DNA of 52,600 nucleotides from an uncultured Deinococcaceae bacterium (GTDB lineage Bacteria; Deinococcota; Deinococci; Deinococcales; Deinococcaceae): NCBI GenBank assembly GCA_964252075.1, contig CAXULY010000039.1, positions 1 to 52,600 of the forward strand, read 5' to 3'. Shown piece by piece: positions 8,762 to 20,041 of this stretch (position 1 is its first letter; each line of letters starts with the position of its first letter). The notes under the pieces were generated by a model. It saw only the letters and a program-made list of their open reading frames with translations, ran no database searches and was not told where the DNA came from. The position numbers and the translations under genes were made by a program.

Positions 8762-11700
8762 TCAAGCAGGGCGCAGGCCCAGCGAGCAGATGATTTGTGG
8801 TTCGCGCGGGGCCTCGTCGTCGTCCTGCTTGAGGCTCAGGCGGTCGTCGTCGCGCAGCGAGAGCACCAGGGCGGCCAGTCCGGCGTCGTCAATGCCCGCG
8901 CGCAGCTGCCTCGCCAGGGTGTCGGCGGCGGCGGCGCGTAAGGGATAGCGGTAAATGTCGTCAATGGCCCGCTGCAACTCCGGCGAGGCGAACAAGGTCC
9001 CGTCCAGGCTCTGCCAGTAGCGCTTGAGCCGTTCGTAGGTGCGGGCGCGCGGCCCGTTCGGGCGCCCCAGCTCGCCGCCCGCGAGCCCCGCCTCCTGCGC
9101 GGCGATGTGGTCCACCCCGGCCTTCACCAGCTCGTGGTGCTGTGGCAGGCGTTCCAGGGCTGGAGTGTCCGGCCCGCACTCGGCGGCCTGTAGCACCTTC
9201 AGCTGGCTCTGGGTGACGCTGCGCCCCTCGGCATCCATCCAGGCCAGGGCGTCGTAGCCGCTGGCGGTGCGGGTGTACACCAGCACGCCATCCGGCTCGC
9301 CCTCGCCCGTCGCGCGCCCCTTGGTGCTGTACACCACGTCCGGCAGGGCCGGGATCTGGGCGTTCAGGGTCGGGTCGGCCTTCAGGGCGTTCTGCCAAAT
9401 CTGGTAAGCGTAGCTGGCGAGGTCCACCTCGGTGTCGGTCTCGCCGTCCAGCAGGCCGGACTTCTCGTTGTACAGGTCAATGAGCTTCTGTCCCTCGTCG
9501 TCCTCGAAGAAGCGCTCGTCGGTGCCCACCACCTCGGCGTTTTCCTGCAGGCGCTGCCGCACGCGGGCGCGCAGCCCAATCAGGCGCTCCACCCCGTCGG
9601 CGGGCAGAAACGAATACACCGCGATCTCCTCGGCCCGCTGCCCGATGCGGTCCACGCGCCCAGCCCGCTGAATCAAGCGGATGATCGCCCACGGCAGGTC
9701 GAAGTTCACGACGATGTGCGCGTCCTGCAGGTTCTGCCCCTCGCTCAGCACGTCGGTCGCGACCAGCACGCGCAACTCATCGGCGGGCGCGTAGGTCTTG
9801 CCGTTGCTGATCGGCGAGAAGCGCCACGCCAGCCCGGTCGGGTCCTCGCTGGACCCGGCCACCCCAGCAACATGGGTGAGTCCCCGTGCCTTCAACTCGC
9901 GCACCAAGTACTCCACCGTGTCCGCGAACTGGGTAAAGACCAGCACCTTTTCGTGCGGGTGGGTCTGGGTGAGCAGCGTGTGCAGGGCGTTCAGCTTGGG
10001 GTCGCTGGCGGCCTGCCACTGGCCCGCCTCGTCCAGCACAGCCAGCAGGGCGCGGGCGTCTTTGCGCAGCGCCTCCCCCAGCTTCCTGGTGAACAGCTCG
10101 GCACGCAGCCACCGGAAGCGCTTCTTGTAGCGGGTCTGGTACTGCCCGTAGGTCTGGGCCGCGCGGGCGCGGTAGGCCGCCTCGGTCAGGGCCAGCGCGT
10201 CGGTCTCGGCCTCGCCCACCGTATCTGCGGGCTCCTCCGGGGTGCCGATGTCGCCGTCGGGACTGAACAGCAGTTCCTCATCGTCGTCGCGCTCGTCCAG
10301 CAGCTCGGCGTTCTGCGGCCCGATGGGCAGCGACAGGCCCGCCTCCAGCGCGTGCAGGAAGATGTAGTTTCGCAGCACGTGGCGCTCCAGCGACTGCACG
10401 AAGGTCGCGCCGCCGCTCTCCAGGCGCTTGAACAGGTTGGTCCGCGAGAAGCCGATCAGGCGCTTTCCGGCCCGCCCCAGGTTCTGCAGCTGCTCGCGCT
10501 CGGCGGGGGTGACCTGCACCTTGGCCTTGTCGTTGATGTAGTTGCCCAGCCCGTAACGCGGCAGGGCCAGCTGGCCCACGGTTTCGACCACGCTCGCCGC
10601 GTACAGCCGGGCGTACACGTCCTGCGGGTTCTGCTCGTCCACCTCAAAGGTGACCGTTCTCGGGCGGCGCACCGGGAAGTAGGCCCGCCGCCCGTCGCTG
10701 AAGCTCAGGTAGCGCCGCCCGCCCGCTTCGTCCTCCTCGGCGTAATTGTGCTGCACGAAGCTGCGGGTACGGCGCACCAGGTACAGCCGCATCAGGTCGC
10801 GCCAGTCGTCCGGGTAGCTGCTCTTCTCGAAGGCCGCCACACTGCGCACGGGGGCCTGGAACTTGGCCCGAAAGCTCGCCTCGCCCAGCTCACGCATCAG
10901 GGCCTCCGGGCGAATGCCCAGGTCGGCGTCCTCGGGCACGAACAGCCGCAGCTGCGCGCCCAGATCCTCGTAACTCTTGTTGTAGGGCGTCGCGGAGAGC
11001 AAGATGACCTTGCTCTCGTTGAAGGACACATACTCCTGAATGGCCCGGTAGCGGCGGCCCTCACGGTTGCGCAGGTTGTGGCTCTCGTCAATCAGGACCA
11101 GCTGGTAGCGCTTGGCGTCCGGCAGTTCGCCCGTCACCCGGCTGATGGGCAGCACCCGCGCCAGCAGGCCGTAACGGTGAACGTAGTCCTCCCACATGGG
11201 CACCAGATTGACCGGGCAGATGATGAGGGTCCGCAGGTCCTGCGCTTCCTGCATGACCCGCACCAGCGCCGAGGCCATCAGGGTCTTGCCCAGGCCCACC
11301 ACGTCGCCTAGCATCACGCCGCCGCGCTTGTTCAGGTGGTGCGCCGCGATCTGCACCGCCGCTGTTTGGTACGGGAAGAGAATGCGCTCCAGGTCCTTGG
11401 GAATGTGAAAGCCCCCCACCCCCGCCCGCGCCTCGCGCGAGAGGTGGTAGGCCATCTTCAGGTAGATCTGGTAGGGCGTGTGCCCGGTCTCGCTGGCCCA
11501 GCTCTCGTCAATGATCTGGGCCAGGTCCAGGGTGATGTCCAGCGCCCAGCGGTCGGTCCAGCGCGCCTCAAACCAAGCGGCCAGCTTCGCGGTGGAGTCG
11601 CCGTCCAGCACATCCACGTTCAATTCCCCCTGCCGCTTGAGGCCCGCAAAGGTCAGGTTACTTGACCCTACGTAGGCCACGCGCGGGACCGCGTGGTCCT

Positions 11701-12142
11701 GGCGGTGCAGCAGGTACAGCTTGGCGTGCAGCAGGAAGCCCAGGAACAGCTTGACCTTCACCTTGCCGCCCTTGAGCTGGCGGCTTAATCGCCGCAGACC
11801 GGCCTCATCGCTGCTCGACGGCGCGCCCATCATCAGCTGTTTCCGGAAGGACTCGGCCACCCGGCGGCGAAGGCGTAAAGCCGTCTGGTTGTCGAGGCCA
11901 TCCTGCTGTTCCAACAGGGTCAGGGACGCACGGAGTTCGCCCTCGGGCAGTTCCTGCATCCCCACCAGAAGGCGGGTACAGGCGCCGTCTTGCCCCGACC
12001 AGCGCTCGGTCAGGTCGTCAATGAGCTTCCAACCGCGCAAATTAAAGTACCCTACGCAGAAGTCCGCGCGAAGGGCGCTCTGCATTGAGTCCCTGAGATC
12101 ATCAAGGAGCTTCAGGTCAATGTTGTCGAGGATTTTTGGCAT
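8762..12142 (-). CDS. PLD-nuclease domain fused to an SNF2-type helicase (putative restriction subunit)
   Basis: PLD motifs HAKLY...GSSNLT...ELN. Helicase motifs DVVGLGKT, DESHN, SATP, SEGQNLQ and QRAGRVDRIG. Confidence 0.88.
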   Translation of the reverse strand: MPKILDNIDLKLLDDLRDSMQSALRADFCVGYFNLRGWKLIDDLTERWSGQDGACTRLLVGMQELPEGELRASLTLLEQQDGLDNQTALRLRRRVAESFRKQLMMGAPSSSDEAGLRRLSRQLKGGKVKVKLFLGFLLHAKLYLLHRQDHAVPRVAYVGSSNLTFAGLKRQGELNVDVLDGDSTAKLAAWFEARWTDRWALDITLDLAQIIDESWASETGHTPYQIYLKMAYHLSREARAGVGGFHIPKDLERILFPYQTAAVQIAAHHLNKRGGVMLGDVVGLGKTLMASALVRVMQEAQDLRTLIICPVNLVPMWEDYVHRYGLLARVLPISRVTGELPDAKRYQLVLIDESHNLRNREGRRYRAIQEYVSFNESKVILLSATPYNKSYEDLGAQLRLFVPEDADLGIRPEALMRELGEASFRAKFQAPVRSVAAFEKSSYPDDWRDLMRLYLVRRTRSFVQHNYAEEDEAGGRRYLSFSDGRRAYFPVRRPRTVTFEVDEQNPQDVYARLYAASVVETVGQLALPRYGLGNYINDKAKVQVTPAEREQLQNLGRAGKRLIGFSRTNLFKRLESGGATFVQSLERHVLRNYIFLHALEAGLSLPIGPQNAELLDERDDDEELLFSPDGDIGTPEEPADTVGEAETDALALTEAAYRARAAQTYGQYQTRYKKRFRWLRAELFTRKLGEALRKDARALLAVLDEAGQWQAASDPKLNALHTLLTQTHPHEKVLVFTQFADTVEYLVRELKARGLTHVAGVAGSSEDPTGLAWRFSPISNGKTYAPADELRVLVATDVLSEGQNLQDAHIVVNFDLPWAIIRLIQRAGRVDRIGQRAEEIAVYSFLPADGVERLIGLRARVRQRLQENAEVVGTDERFFEDDEGQKLIDLYNEKSGLLDGETDTEVDLASYAYQIWQNALKADPTLNAQIPALPDVVYSTKGRATGEGEPDGVLVYTRTASGYDALAWMDAEGRSVTQSQLKVLQAAECGPDTPALERLPQHHELVKAGVDHIAAQEAGLAGGELGRPNGPRARTYERLKRYWQSLDGTLFASPELQRAIDDIYRYPLRAAAADTLARQLRAGIDDAGLAALVLSLRDDDRLSLKQDDDEAPREPQIICSLGLRPA

Positions 12143-12278
12143 TCAGCCTAGACAGTTTATCTCGGAGGACACACAACTCCGCTCCTAACTCGAGGCGCGA
12201 ACGAAGTACGTAGCAGTTATTGCAGGCGACCCTACCAAGCACGGGCCGTGCGCGGATTCGCTTCTGTGGTCCATCAGT

Positions 12279-12300
12279 GCATAAGGCACGCATAAGGCAC
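12279..12300. repeat. 11-bp tandem direct repeat GCATAAGGCAC x2 (possible integrase arm-type site)
   Basis: Exact tandem copy about 60 bp from the tRNA-Arg 3' end, at the island boundary. Confidence 0.5.
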
Positions 12301-12331
12301 GACGCCCATTTTCGCCGCCAACCTAAATAAG

Positions 12332-12356
12332 AAAACCCCGTCTTGGACGGGGTTTT
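12332..12356 (-). terminator. Rho-independent terminator of the tRNA operon
   Basis: Hairpin AAAACCCCGTC-N3-GACGGGGTTTT followed by CTTATTT on the minus strand, directly after the CCA end. Confidence 0.85.
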
Positions 12357-12357
12357 T

Positions 12358-12434
<77 letters not shown>

Positions 12435-12447
12435 ATTCCGTTTAAAT

Positions 12448-12538
12448 TGGCGGAGAGGGAGGGATTTGAACCCTCGGTACCCTTTTGGGGTACGCGGTCT
12501 TAGCAGGACCGTGGTTTAAGCCGCTCACCCACCTCTCC
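12448..12538 (-). tRNA. tRNA-Ser(GCT)
   Basis: GGAGAGGTGGGTGAGCGG, anticodon arm CGGTC-CTGCTAA-GACCG, long variable arm, GTTCAAATC and CCA end. Confidence 0.96.
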
Positions 12539-12559
12539 ATCTGTGCGGCGTTGCTGTTT

Positions 12560-12647
12560 TGGCGGAGGGTGAGGGATTCGAACCCCCGGTGGGTTGCCCC
12601 ACTGCAGTTTTCAAGACTGCTGCCTTCAACCGCTCGGCCAACCCCCC
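12560..12647 (-). tRNA. tRNA-Ser(TGA)
   Basis: GGGGGGTTGGCCGAGCGG, anticodon arm GCAGT-CTTGAAA-ACTGC, long variable arm, GTTCGAATC and CCA end. Confidence 0.96.
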
Positions 12648-12689
12648 TTGCGTGGGGTGCGTTCTGGCGGGCGCCTTGAACGCTCGAAG

Positions 12690-12718
12690 AGTATATCTGG
12701 GGGGGTGGGGGTTGTCAA
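12690..12718 (-). promoter_or_regulatory. Sigma70 promoter of the tRNA operon
   Basis: TTGACA-17 nt-TATACT on the minus strand, about 40 nt upstream of tRNA-Ser(TGA). Confidence 0.85.
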
Positions 12719-13948
12719 CGGGTGGGGCTGGGTTGGCGCGCCGGTTGCTGGTGTTCTTGTGGTGCGTGTGTTTGGCTGGGGTCTTACGGTTTGTAGCGTG
12801 GGGGTGAGGGGGGCGTCTTGCGTGGTTTGGGGTGGGGGAATCGGGAGGCGGTGCGGCGCACGTTGTGGGCCTGCTGATTCCAGGTCGGCCACCCGCTCGG
12901 GGGTTTGGGCGGAGGGTTGAGGTCGGCGGGCGGGTGCGGCGGGAGGGCGGGTGCCGAGGAGCGCTGGGCGCGGAACGCGCGTTGCTCGCGGGGTGGGGCG
13001 AAGCGTTCGAGTCCGAGGCGGCCCTTTGATGGTCTTGAAGGTGGCTTCGATTCGCCACTGACGTTTATAGCCGGGCGAGGTGAACGCCGCCGAGCGTGCG
13101 GTTCGTCATCATGAGGCGCTGCTTGGGCTTGGCGTTGCGGTTCAGCCTTCCCCACGGGGTCGTTACGGTCAGCCGCGGGTCTTGTGGGGTCGCGCGTCGT
13201 GAGGTCGGCGTCCTTGCATCCATCCGTGAGCGCACGGTGTTTACGCACACCGACAACGAGGATGAGGCCGAGAACGCTGTGGATGAACGCGGCACACCTG
13301 GGGCCGCCGTCCGCGTGGGTGCAAGGTGGACGACCGCCACGCGAGAATGAAGCCGGAACAGTCTGCAGGCGTTTGAGGGCGAGCTGGGGCGGGCGTGCTT
13401 TGCGGCGCCAGACCTGGACGGCCCAGGGCGGGGCCCGCAACGGCGGTGGAGCACGGCGTAGGCGCTGTTGTGAACGTGTTTCGCAGGGAGAAGTCGCCGT
13501 TCTTGTCCAGGCTGATGACGCCGGCGAGGTGGTCGAGACGGGGTTGCTGGTGAGGCGCGGAGCGCCGAAAATCGAGCGGGACCTGTCGGGCGTGCGGCCG
13601 CAGGGCGCGGGGGACGGCTGGATGACCGCCTGGGCGGGGACGCCCTTTGGCTTCGAGAAGCAGGTCGAGCGGGACACGGAAGGCGTCCTGGCGCTGTTTG
13701 CGGTCGAGCAGCTCGAGGGGGTCGGAGGACAGACGTCTGGAACGGGATGCTTTCGCCCCTCACACGCCAGCATGGGACCGGAATGTCGTTCCAGACAGTT
13801 TTTTCCTCAATTTGCATCTCTGGCGAGGGCCACCTGCAGCCATCAGGACGTTCGCGCAGGGCATCGGTGAGGGTCGCGGCGCCAGGCCACCGCGGCTTTG
13901 ATTCATCTGGAACCGCACGTCAGGGGTCTGCGCGGCCCATTCTTTGCC

Positions 13949-15157
<1,209 letters not shown>

Positions 15158-15204
15158 GCAATCTCCGTCCCGCCGGGTGCTGGGCCAACACCTCAGCACG
15201 TGAA

Positions 15205-15240
15205 GCCAAAAAGAGGAGGGCAGGCGCCCTCCTCTTCGGC
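15205..15240 (-). terminator. Intrinsic terminator after the cold-shock gene
   Basis: AAGAGGAGGGC-N4-GCCCTCCTCTT stem followed by a TTT tract on the minus strand. Confidence 0.75.
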
Positions 15241-15253
15241 TGGTGTTGTGGGG

Positions 15254-15505
15254 TTACCAGCGCTGCGCGCGGGGGGCGCTGCGGGTGGGTTCCGCGGCCT
15301 TCGTCACCACGATGTTGCGCGCCTGTGGACCCTTGCCGTTCTGCCCGGCCTGCAGTTCGAACTCCACCTCGTCACCTTCATTGAGTTGCTTGAACCCACC
15401 GCCGGTGATGGCGCTGAAGTGCGCGAAGACGTCCGGCTGCCCTTCATTGCTGATGAAGCCGAAGCCTTTTTCCGCGTTAAACCATTTCACTTTTCCAATG
15501 CTCAT
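15254..15505 (-). CDS. Cold-shock domain protein (PprM/CspA-like)
   Basis: [15 protein letters not shown] (RNP1) and DVFAHFSAI (RNP2), with a C-terminal tail ending in RW as in Deinococcus Csp. GGAG RBS. Confidence 0.93.
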   Translation of the reverse strand: MSIGKVKWFNAEKGFGFISNEGQPDVFAHFSAITGGGFKQLNEGDEVEFELQAGQNGKGPQARNIVVTKAAEPTRSAPRAQRW

Positions 15506-16187
15506 GCTGTACTCCAATGTGTTCCAAAACAAAGGGCGCGCCGATCGTCCGGCGCGCCTTCTTCAATGCGTACTAAGAACAGCTTTATTGTGACAGCGTT
15601 CTTTATTTTCTACTGGCACCGCCTTACATTTCAGGGTGACCACAAGGTCAATCGCGTCATGACGTGGTTCACGATCCCTCGTCCCCAGTGGTCGTGATGC
15701 GCTGGGCGTTGGCGGCGCGCCCTGCTCCTGCATCACCATGCGCTTGGGGATGGCCGTGCAGGGGCACGAGAAGGAAATGCCGCGGCACGGTGAGCGTCAT
15801 CACCGACCAGCGCACCTCACCGCCCGCAAGCAGAAACGCGCAGCTGCGTTTCGTGAACCGCCAGGTCTGGAGTGCGCCTTTGTCAGCGGACGGCTGGGCA
15901 AGTCACGCCTGAGCCGCCGTGCACCGGACGGCAACCTCAGCGGGTGGGCGGGATCCCAGAATGGGGGGTGATCGGCGGCGGTGGTGCAGGACCGCGACAC
16001 AGCGCCCCACGCGCCGCAGGGCGTCGTTCAGCAGGCGGCGGACCACGCGCAGGTGAGCACCAGGCTGGAGAACGCCACAGCGCTGGAGCGGTCCGCCGAG
16101 CCGCTCGTCTGCTGGTCCTCCTGCTTTCCCGACGTGCAGGACGACCCTCAGGCCTGAAGGGCGGGCGCTGCCCGACCGGACGCGCCC

Positions 16188-17093
16188 TTAGGCGTCGTTG
16201 GGCAGGTCATCGCGCCGAGGCGTCCTGGCGTGCCGCTCCAGCTCGTGGGCGCGGCGCTCCTGCTCGTCCAGTTGCGCGCGCAATTGCGCGATGCGCGCCC
16301 GCGTCGCTTCCGCCACTGCCTCCAGCTCCGCGCTGCGCGCCCGCGCGGCGTGCACCTGCCCTTCCACACGCGCCAGGTCCCGCGCGTCTTGCGCCGCGCG
16401 CACCTCCAGCTCCACACGGTGCCCCTGGGCCACCGCCGCGTGGCGCTCCAACTCGGCGTGCTGCTCGGCGTGCGTCACGCCGCTCGCCTCCAGCGCGCGG
16501 ATGCGCTCGAGGGCATCGTCGCCCGCGTGGTCGAGCTCGACCAGCTCCCGCTCGGCCCGCTCGCGTTCCGCCGACAGCAGCTCGGCGCGCGCCTCCGCGC
16601 ACACCTGCTGCAGGGTGGTGACCTGCGCCAGGGTGCTGGCCTCGTTCGTCGCCAGCGCCACGAGTCCTTCGAGGTCCGTCGCCTGCCGGTGCACCAGCTG
16701 GCTGAGGTTGCTGAGCAGGTGCGCGCTGATGTGCTCGATGGGCGTGCCGCGAATGTCGGCGATGGCCTGCTGAATGGCGTCCCGCAACCGGTGCGCGGTC
16801 TCGAGTTGCGCCCGCGAGGACTGCACGATGATCGCCAGGGCGGTGACGTGCGGCGAGGCGGTCTCATGCAGGTCCTGGAGGGGCAGGGCGTGCAGTTGCG
16901 CGAGGGTGGCGGCCAGGACCTGGCGGAGGGACCGCGTGAACTGAATCTGCTCGCGCCCGGCGAGGATGAGGCGCTCCAGTGTGTCCCGCTGCGCGAATCC
17001 CGCCGCCCCGACGTGCTCGCGGGCGGCGATGAACGCGGCCCGCTCCGCCGTTGTGCGGGAGCGCTGTTGGAGGTCGTCGGATGGGTCGGCCAT
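16188..17093 (-). CDS. Hypothetical helical/coiled-coil protein (301 aa)
   Basis: Long ORF with GC3-biased codons and an E/R/A-rich heptad C-terminal half. Confidence 0.75.
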   Translation of the reverse strand: MADPSDDLQQRSRTTAERAAFIAAREHVGAAGFAQRDTLERLILAGREQIQFTRSLRQVLAATLAQLHALPLQDLHETASPHVTALAIIVQSSRAQLETAHRLRDAIQQAIADIRGTPIEHISAHLLSNLSQLVHRQATDLEGLVALATNEASTLAQVTTLQQVCAEARAELLSAERERAERELVELDHAGDDALERIRALEASGVTHAEQHAELERHAAVAQGHRVELEVRAAQDARDLARVEGQVHAARARSAELEAVAEATRARIAQLRAQLDEQERRAHELERHARTPRRDDLPNDA

Positions 17094-18010
17094 CCTTCAG
17101 CCTATCGCGTGTGGTCCGGCGAAAAGGGCACCAGGGTCCACTGAACGGCGCCACCCCGCAGGGGGCGGGCACGCCGTGCTGCGGCGCGCTGCAGCTCGCC
17201 TCCACGGGCGGGTGGCCCGCGGTTCGCGCCGTTGACTGGGTGCAGTGTGGGGCGTCAGCGGCGCGGAGGGTCCGACATGGCGGGTCCGCTGCTGTCACGC
17301 CCTGAAGGTGAGCTTCGCGGGTGGCGCATGATTCCGTGCCGCGCGGTGCAGGGTGTGCAGTGGCGTTCCGGCAGCAGGGGCGTGGAGCGCCTGTTCATCG
17401 AGTGGACCGGCCGGAGCACCCTCGATCAGGGTGTGCGGGGCGGTCACGCCGCCCGCCGGTGCGCCGACAGCGACCAGGGGAATGCGCGTGGGCGCATCGG
17501 GGAAGCCTGACGTGCCGGTCGGACAGGACAGCGTGCCCAATGAAGTGGACCGGCAGTTGCGGGCTGGGCACACGTTGTGGTCGGGCGATCGACCGGTCGC
17601 CCAGTGGGGTGGGTATCCCGGGGATGGCCGGATGCGGCGTGGGGCGAGCGGGCGCAGCGCGGGCAGCAGTTGATGCTCGTCACGTACGAGGGCCGCGAGC
17701 CGTGGCTGGACCTGTGGTGGACGGGGTGGGGGTTCGACGTGGCGTCCCGCATCACCTGAAGGTCCCCGCGAAAGCAGGAGCCCGCCGTTCAACCCGGAAG
17801 ACCAGCACCAGCCTCCGGTCAGGCAGTGTCGCTGGTGTGCTCCAGCACCAGACGCGCTTGTCCCCGCACCACCAGGGTCTCAAGGCGTTCTTCAGCGCGC
17901 TTCGTCGGCTTCTTGGACGCCCACCGCTGTCCATCACCCATCCTCGGGATGCGCTCAGACGGTGGCCCTTCCGAGCGCCCGTGAGCTGGCGTGACCCTGT
18001 GGCCCACGCC

Positions 18011-19864
18011 TTAGTCTGCTCCGGTCTCCCCTGTCAGGGTTGAAGCGCGCCGTGCGGGGGCAGGGAGGGCGGCCGCCTGCGCCGTGAACGCCCGGGCTTC
18101 ACGGTACGCCAGCACCTGCTCCGCTTCACGCGCGGCCTGGCGCAGCAGCACCTGGGCTTCCAGCCAGAGCTGGCCCTCCACGGCGTGCCGGGCCAGGGTG
18201 GCGGCTGGAACGGGGCTGGTGCGCAGCGCGTTCACGAGTCGGCGGTGCAGAACCATCCGGACGCGTGCTGGGGTGAGCGCCTTCACCGCTTCGCTCAGGA
18301 GGTCGTGCGCCAGTTGCTCTCCCCGGAACACGCCTGCCGCCTCGAGTTCCCCGAAGGCTTCGGCCACCTCGAGCTCGTTGCCCAACACGTGGGCCGCCAC
18401 GGGAAAGTCAAAGTCCACGCCGGCCAGGGCCGCCACGCGGGTGGTGTCACGAGCGATTTTGGAGAGGCGCGACAGGCGGTGCGCGATCACGCCGCGGACG
18501 AGCGGCGACACGGAGAGGGGCCAGGGGCCGGGGCGCGTGAGGTCCCCGGATTCCTGGAGCAGGCGCGCCACTTCCAGGGTGAAGAAGGGGTTGCCGCCGG
18601 TGAATCGGTGCAGCTGGTCCGCCAGGGCGGTGGACGCCGTGGCGCTGAAGTGGCCGAGCAACGCGTGAACTTCGTCCACCGCGAGGGGAGGAACGTCGAG
18701 CACCACGGCGCGTCCCTGCTCCACCACGGCCCTGAGGGTGGCCTGCATGCCGGGTGACAGTTCGTCCGGGCGGTAGGTCATCACCGCTTGGACGTGCGCG
18801 CCGCGGGCCGGGCCGTGCACGGAGGCGTACGCGCCGGCGCGGTAACTCTCGTGATCCCAGGACTGCACGTTCTCGAACAGCTGCGGGGGGTGGAGTGGGT
18901 GCAGCTCGGCCAGAGCATCGATGTATGCGTCGTAGAAGTGCAGCCGGTCGGTGGCGGAACGCAGCGGGCGGGGACGGTGCGGCCACAGCTCGGGCACCAC
19001 GCGGGCCAGCTGGTAGCGCAGCCGGTCTGGGAGCGCCGGGTGGCCCATGAACGCGAGGTTCGCCCGCAGCGAGCGGGCGTGGACGGCGTACGGCACGTGG
19101 GTGTCTGGCGGTTGCGACACCACGGTGACCACGCCGGTGGCCCGTTGATTCAGAAAGGCCTCGGCGAGGCGGGTCTTGCCCATTCCCGCTTCGCCCCTCA
19201 GGAACACCACCTGTCCACGGGCCCACGCCACCTCCATCTGCGCGAACAGCCCGGCTCGCCCCACGAGGGGCGGGCCGGGTAAAGAGGGGGGCGGCGCGGA
19301 AGGGGCGGCGTGCCGGGCGGCGCTGGGCGCCTGCCGCTCGGTGGAACGCCAGGCCAGGGCGGGTGGTGGCGCGCCTTGGGCCGCGGGCGGCCCAGCGGGC
19401 ATCGCGTCACTTGCCGGGCCGAGGCCCGGCGGGCGCGGACCGCCCGCTTCCGCGCGCACCTCGAGGGCTTGCGTGGTCCGCTCCACCCAGCCGTCCCAGT
19501 CGGCGGAGCCGTCGATGTACAGGCCGCGCAGAAACACGCCTGGGTGGGGCGGCGTTCCTGCGCCCCGCAGCAACTCCTCAGCGTCGCACCAGACGTTTTC
19601 GCGGGGCAGGTGGAGGCTGTCCCAGGTCACCTGCAGGGTGCCCGGGGTGAGCGCGGTCCGGACGTGGTGCAGGGCCACCCTCAGCGCGTTGCGCTGCTGC
19701 GGGCCCGTCCAGAGGAGTGCCGCCAGGGTCTCCCGCGGGTGCGGGCCAGGCTCGAGCGCCAGGTAGGCGAGCAGGGCCAGGGCCTTGCGGGTGCGCAGGT
19801 GAACCGGTTGCCCCCGCACGACGACCTGGGGGACCCCCAGCAGAAACAATTCAAGGTCCGGCAC
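18011..19864 (-). CDS. SARP-type wHTH/partial BTAD + AAA ATPase regulator lacking the long TPR tail
   Basis: LFLLGVPQ...RKALALLAYLALE...RETLAALLW, Walker A GEAGMGKT and TGGNPFF. GTG start at 19864 after GGAGG. Confidence 0.82.
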   Translation of the reverse strand: MPDLELFLLGVPQVVVRGQPVHLRTRKALALLAYLALEPGPHPRETLAALLWTGPQQRNALRVALHHVRTALTPGTLQVTWDSLHLPRENVWCDAEELLRGAGTPPHPGVFLRGLYIDGSADWDGWVERTTQALEVRAEAGGPRPPGLGPASDAMPAGPPAAQGAPPPALAWRSTERQAPSAARHAAPSAPPPSLPGPPLVGRAGLFAQMEVAWARGQVVFLRGEAGMGKTRLAEAFLNQRATGVVTVVSQPPDTHVPYAVHARSLRANLAFMGHPALPDRLRYQLARVVPELWPHRPRPLRSATDRLHFYDAYIDALAELHPLHPPQLFENVQSWDHESYRAGAYASVHGPARGAHVQAVMTYRPDELSPGMQATLRAVVEQGRAVVLDVPPLAVDEVHALLGHFSATASTALADQLHRFTGGNPFFTLEVARLLQESGDLTRPGPWPLSVSPLVRGVIAHRLSRLSKIARDTTRVAALAGVDFDFPVAAHVLGNELEVAEAFGELEAAGVFRGEQLAHDLLSEAVKALTPARVRMVLHRRLVNALRTSPVPAATLARHAVEGQLWLEAQVLLRQAAREAEQVLAYREARAFTAQAAALPAPARRASTLTGETGAD

Positions 19865-20041
19865 CGCGCCTCCCCGTGGTTGAACGTGTGTGTCCTGGCT
19901 TGTTAATGCATTGTAAACGGTGGTGGGCGCATGATCGGCGCATGCAGGGAGCAGTGCGAGCGCGCCGCGGGTCCCGCGGTCTCTCACCCTGGATCGGGGG
20001 GGTCTGGCGTCCGGTCTGCGCCCGGCCCAGGCGGAGTGGTG

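Noticed and set aside
4596..11665. Long + strand ORFs (4596..5687, 7002..8072, 9716..11311 and others)
   Set aside because: They are antisense to the MTase and helicase genes, a typical high-GC artefact, and carry no motifs.
4683..12142. DISARM or BREX assignment
   Set aside because: No drmA/drmB (DUF1998) or brxC/pglZ genes in the window; only an SNF2-PLD and MTase pair is present.
12448..12647. Functional link between the Schlafen-like domain and the adjacent long-variable-arm tRNA-Ser genes
   Set aside because: The tRNAs look like a normal core operon with a consensus promoter. Adjacency is explained by tRNA-targeted integration.
15660..16150. Short ORFs between csp and the coiled-coil gene, and likewise at 17100-18000
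   Set aside because: No RBS, motifs or consistent codon bias; probably decayed sequence.
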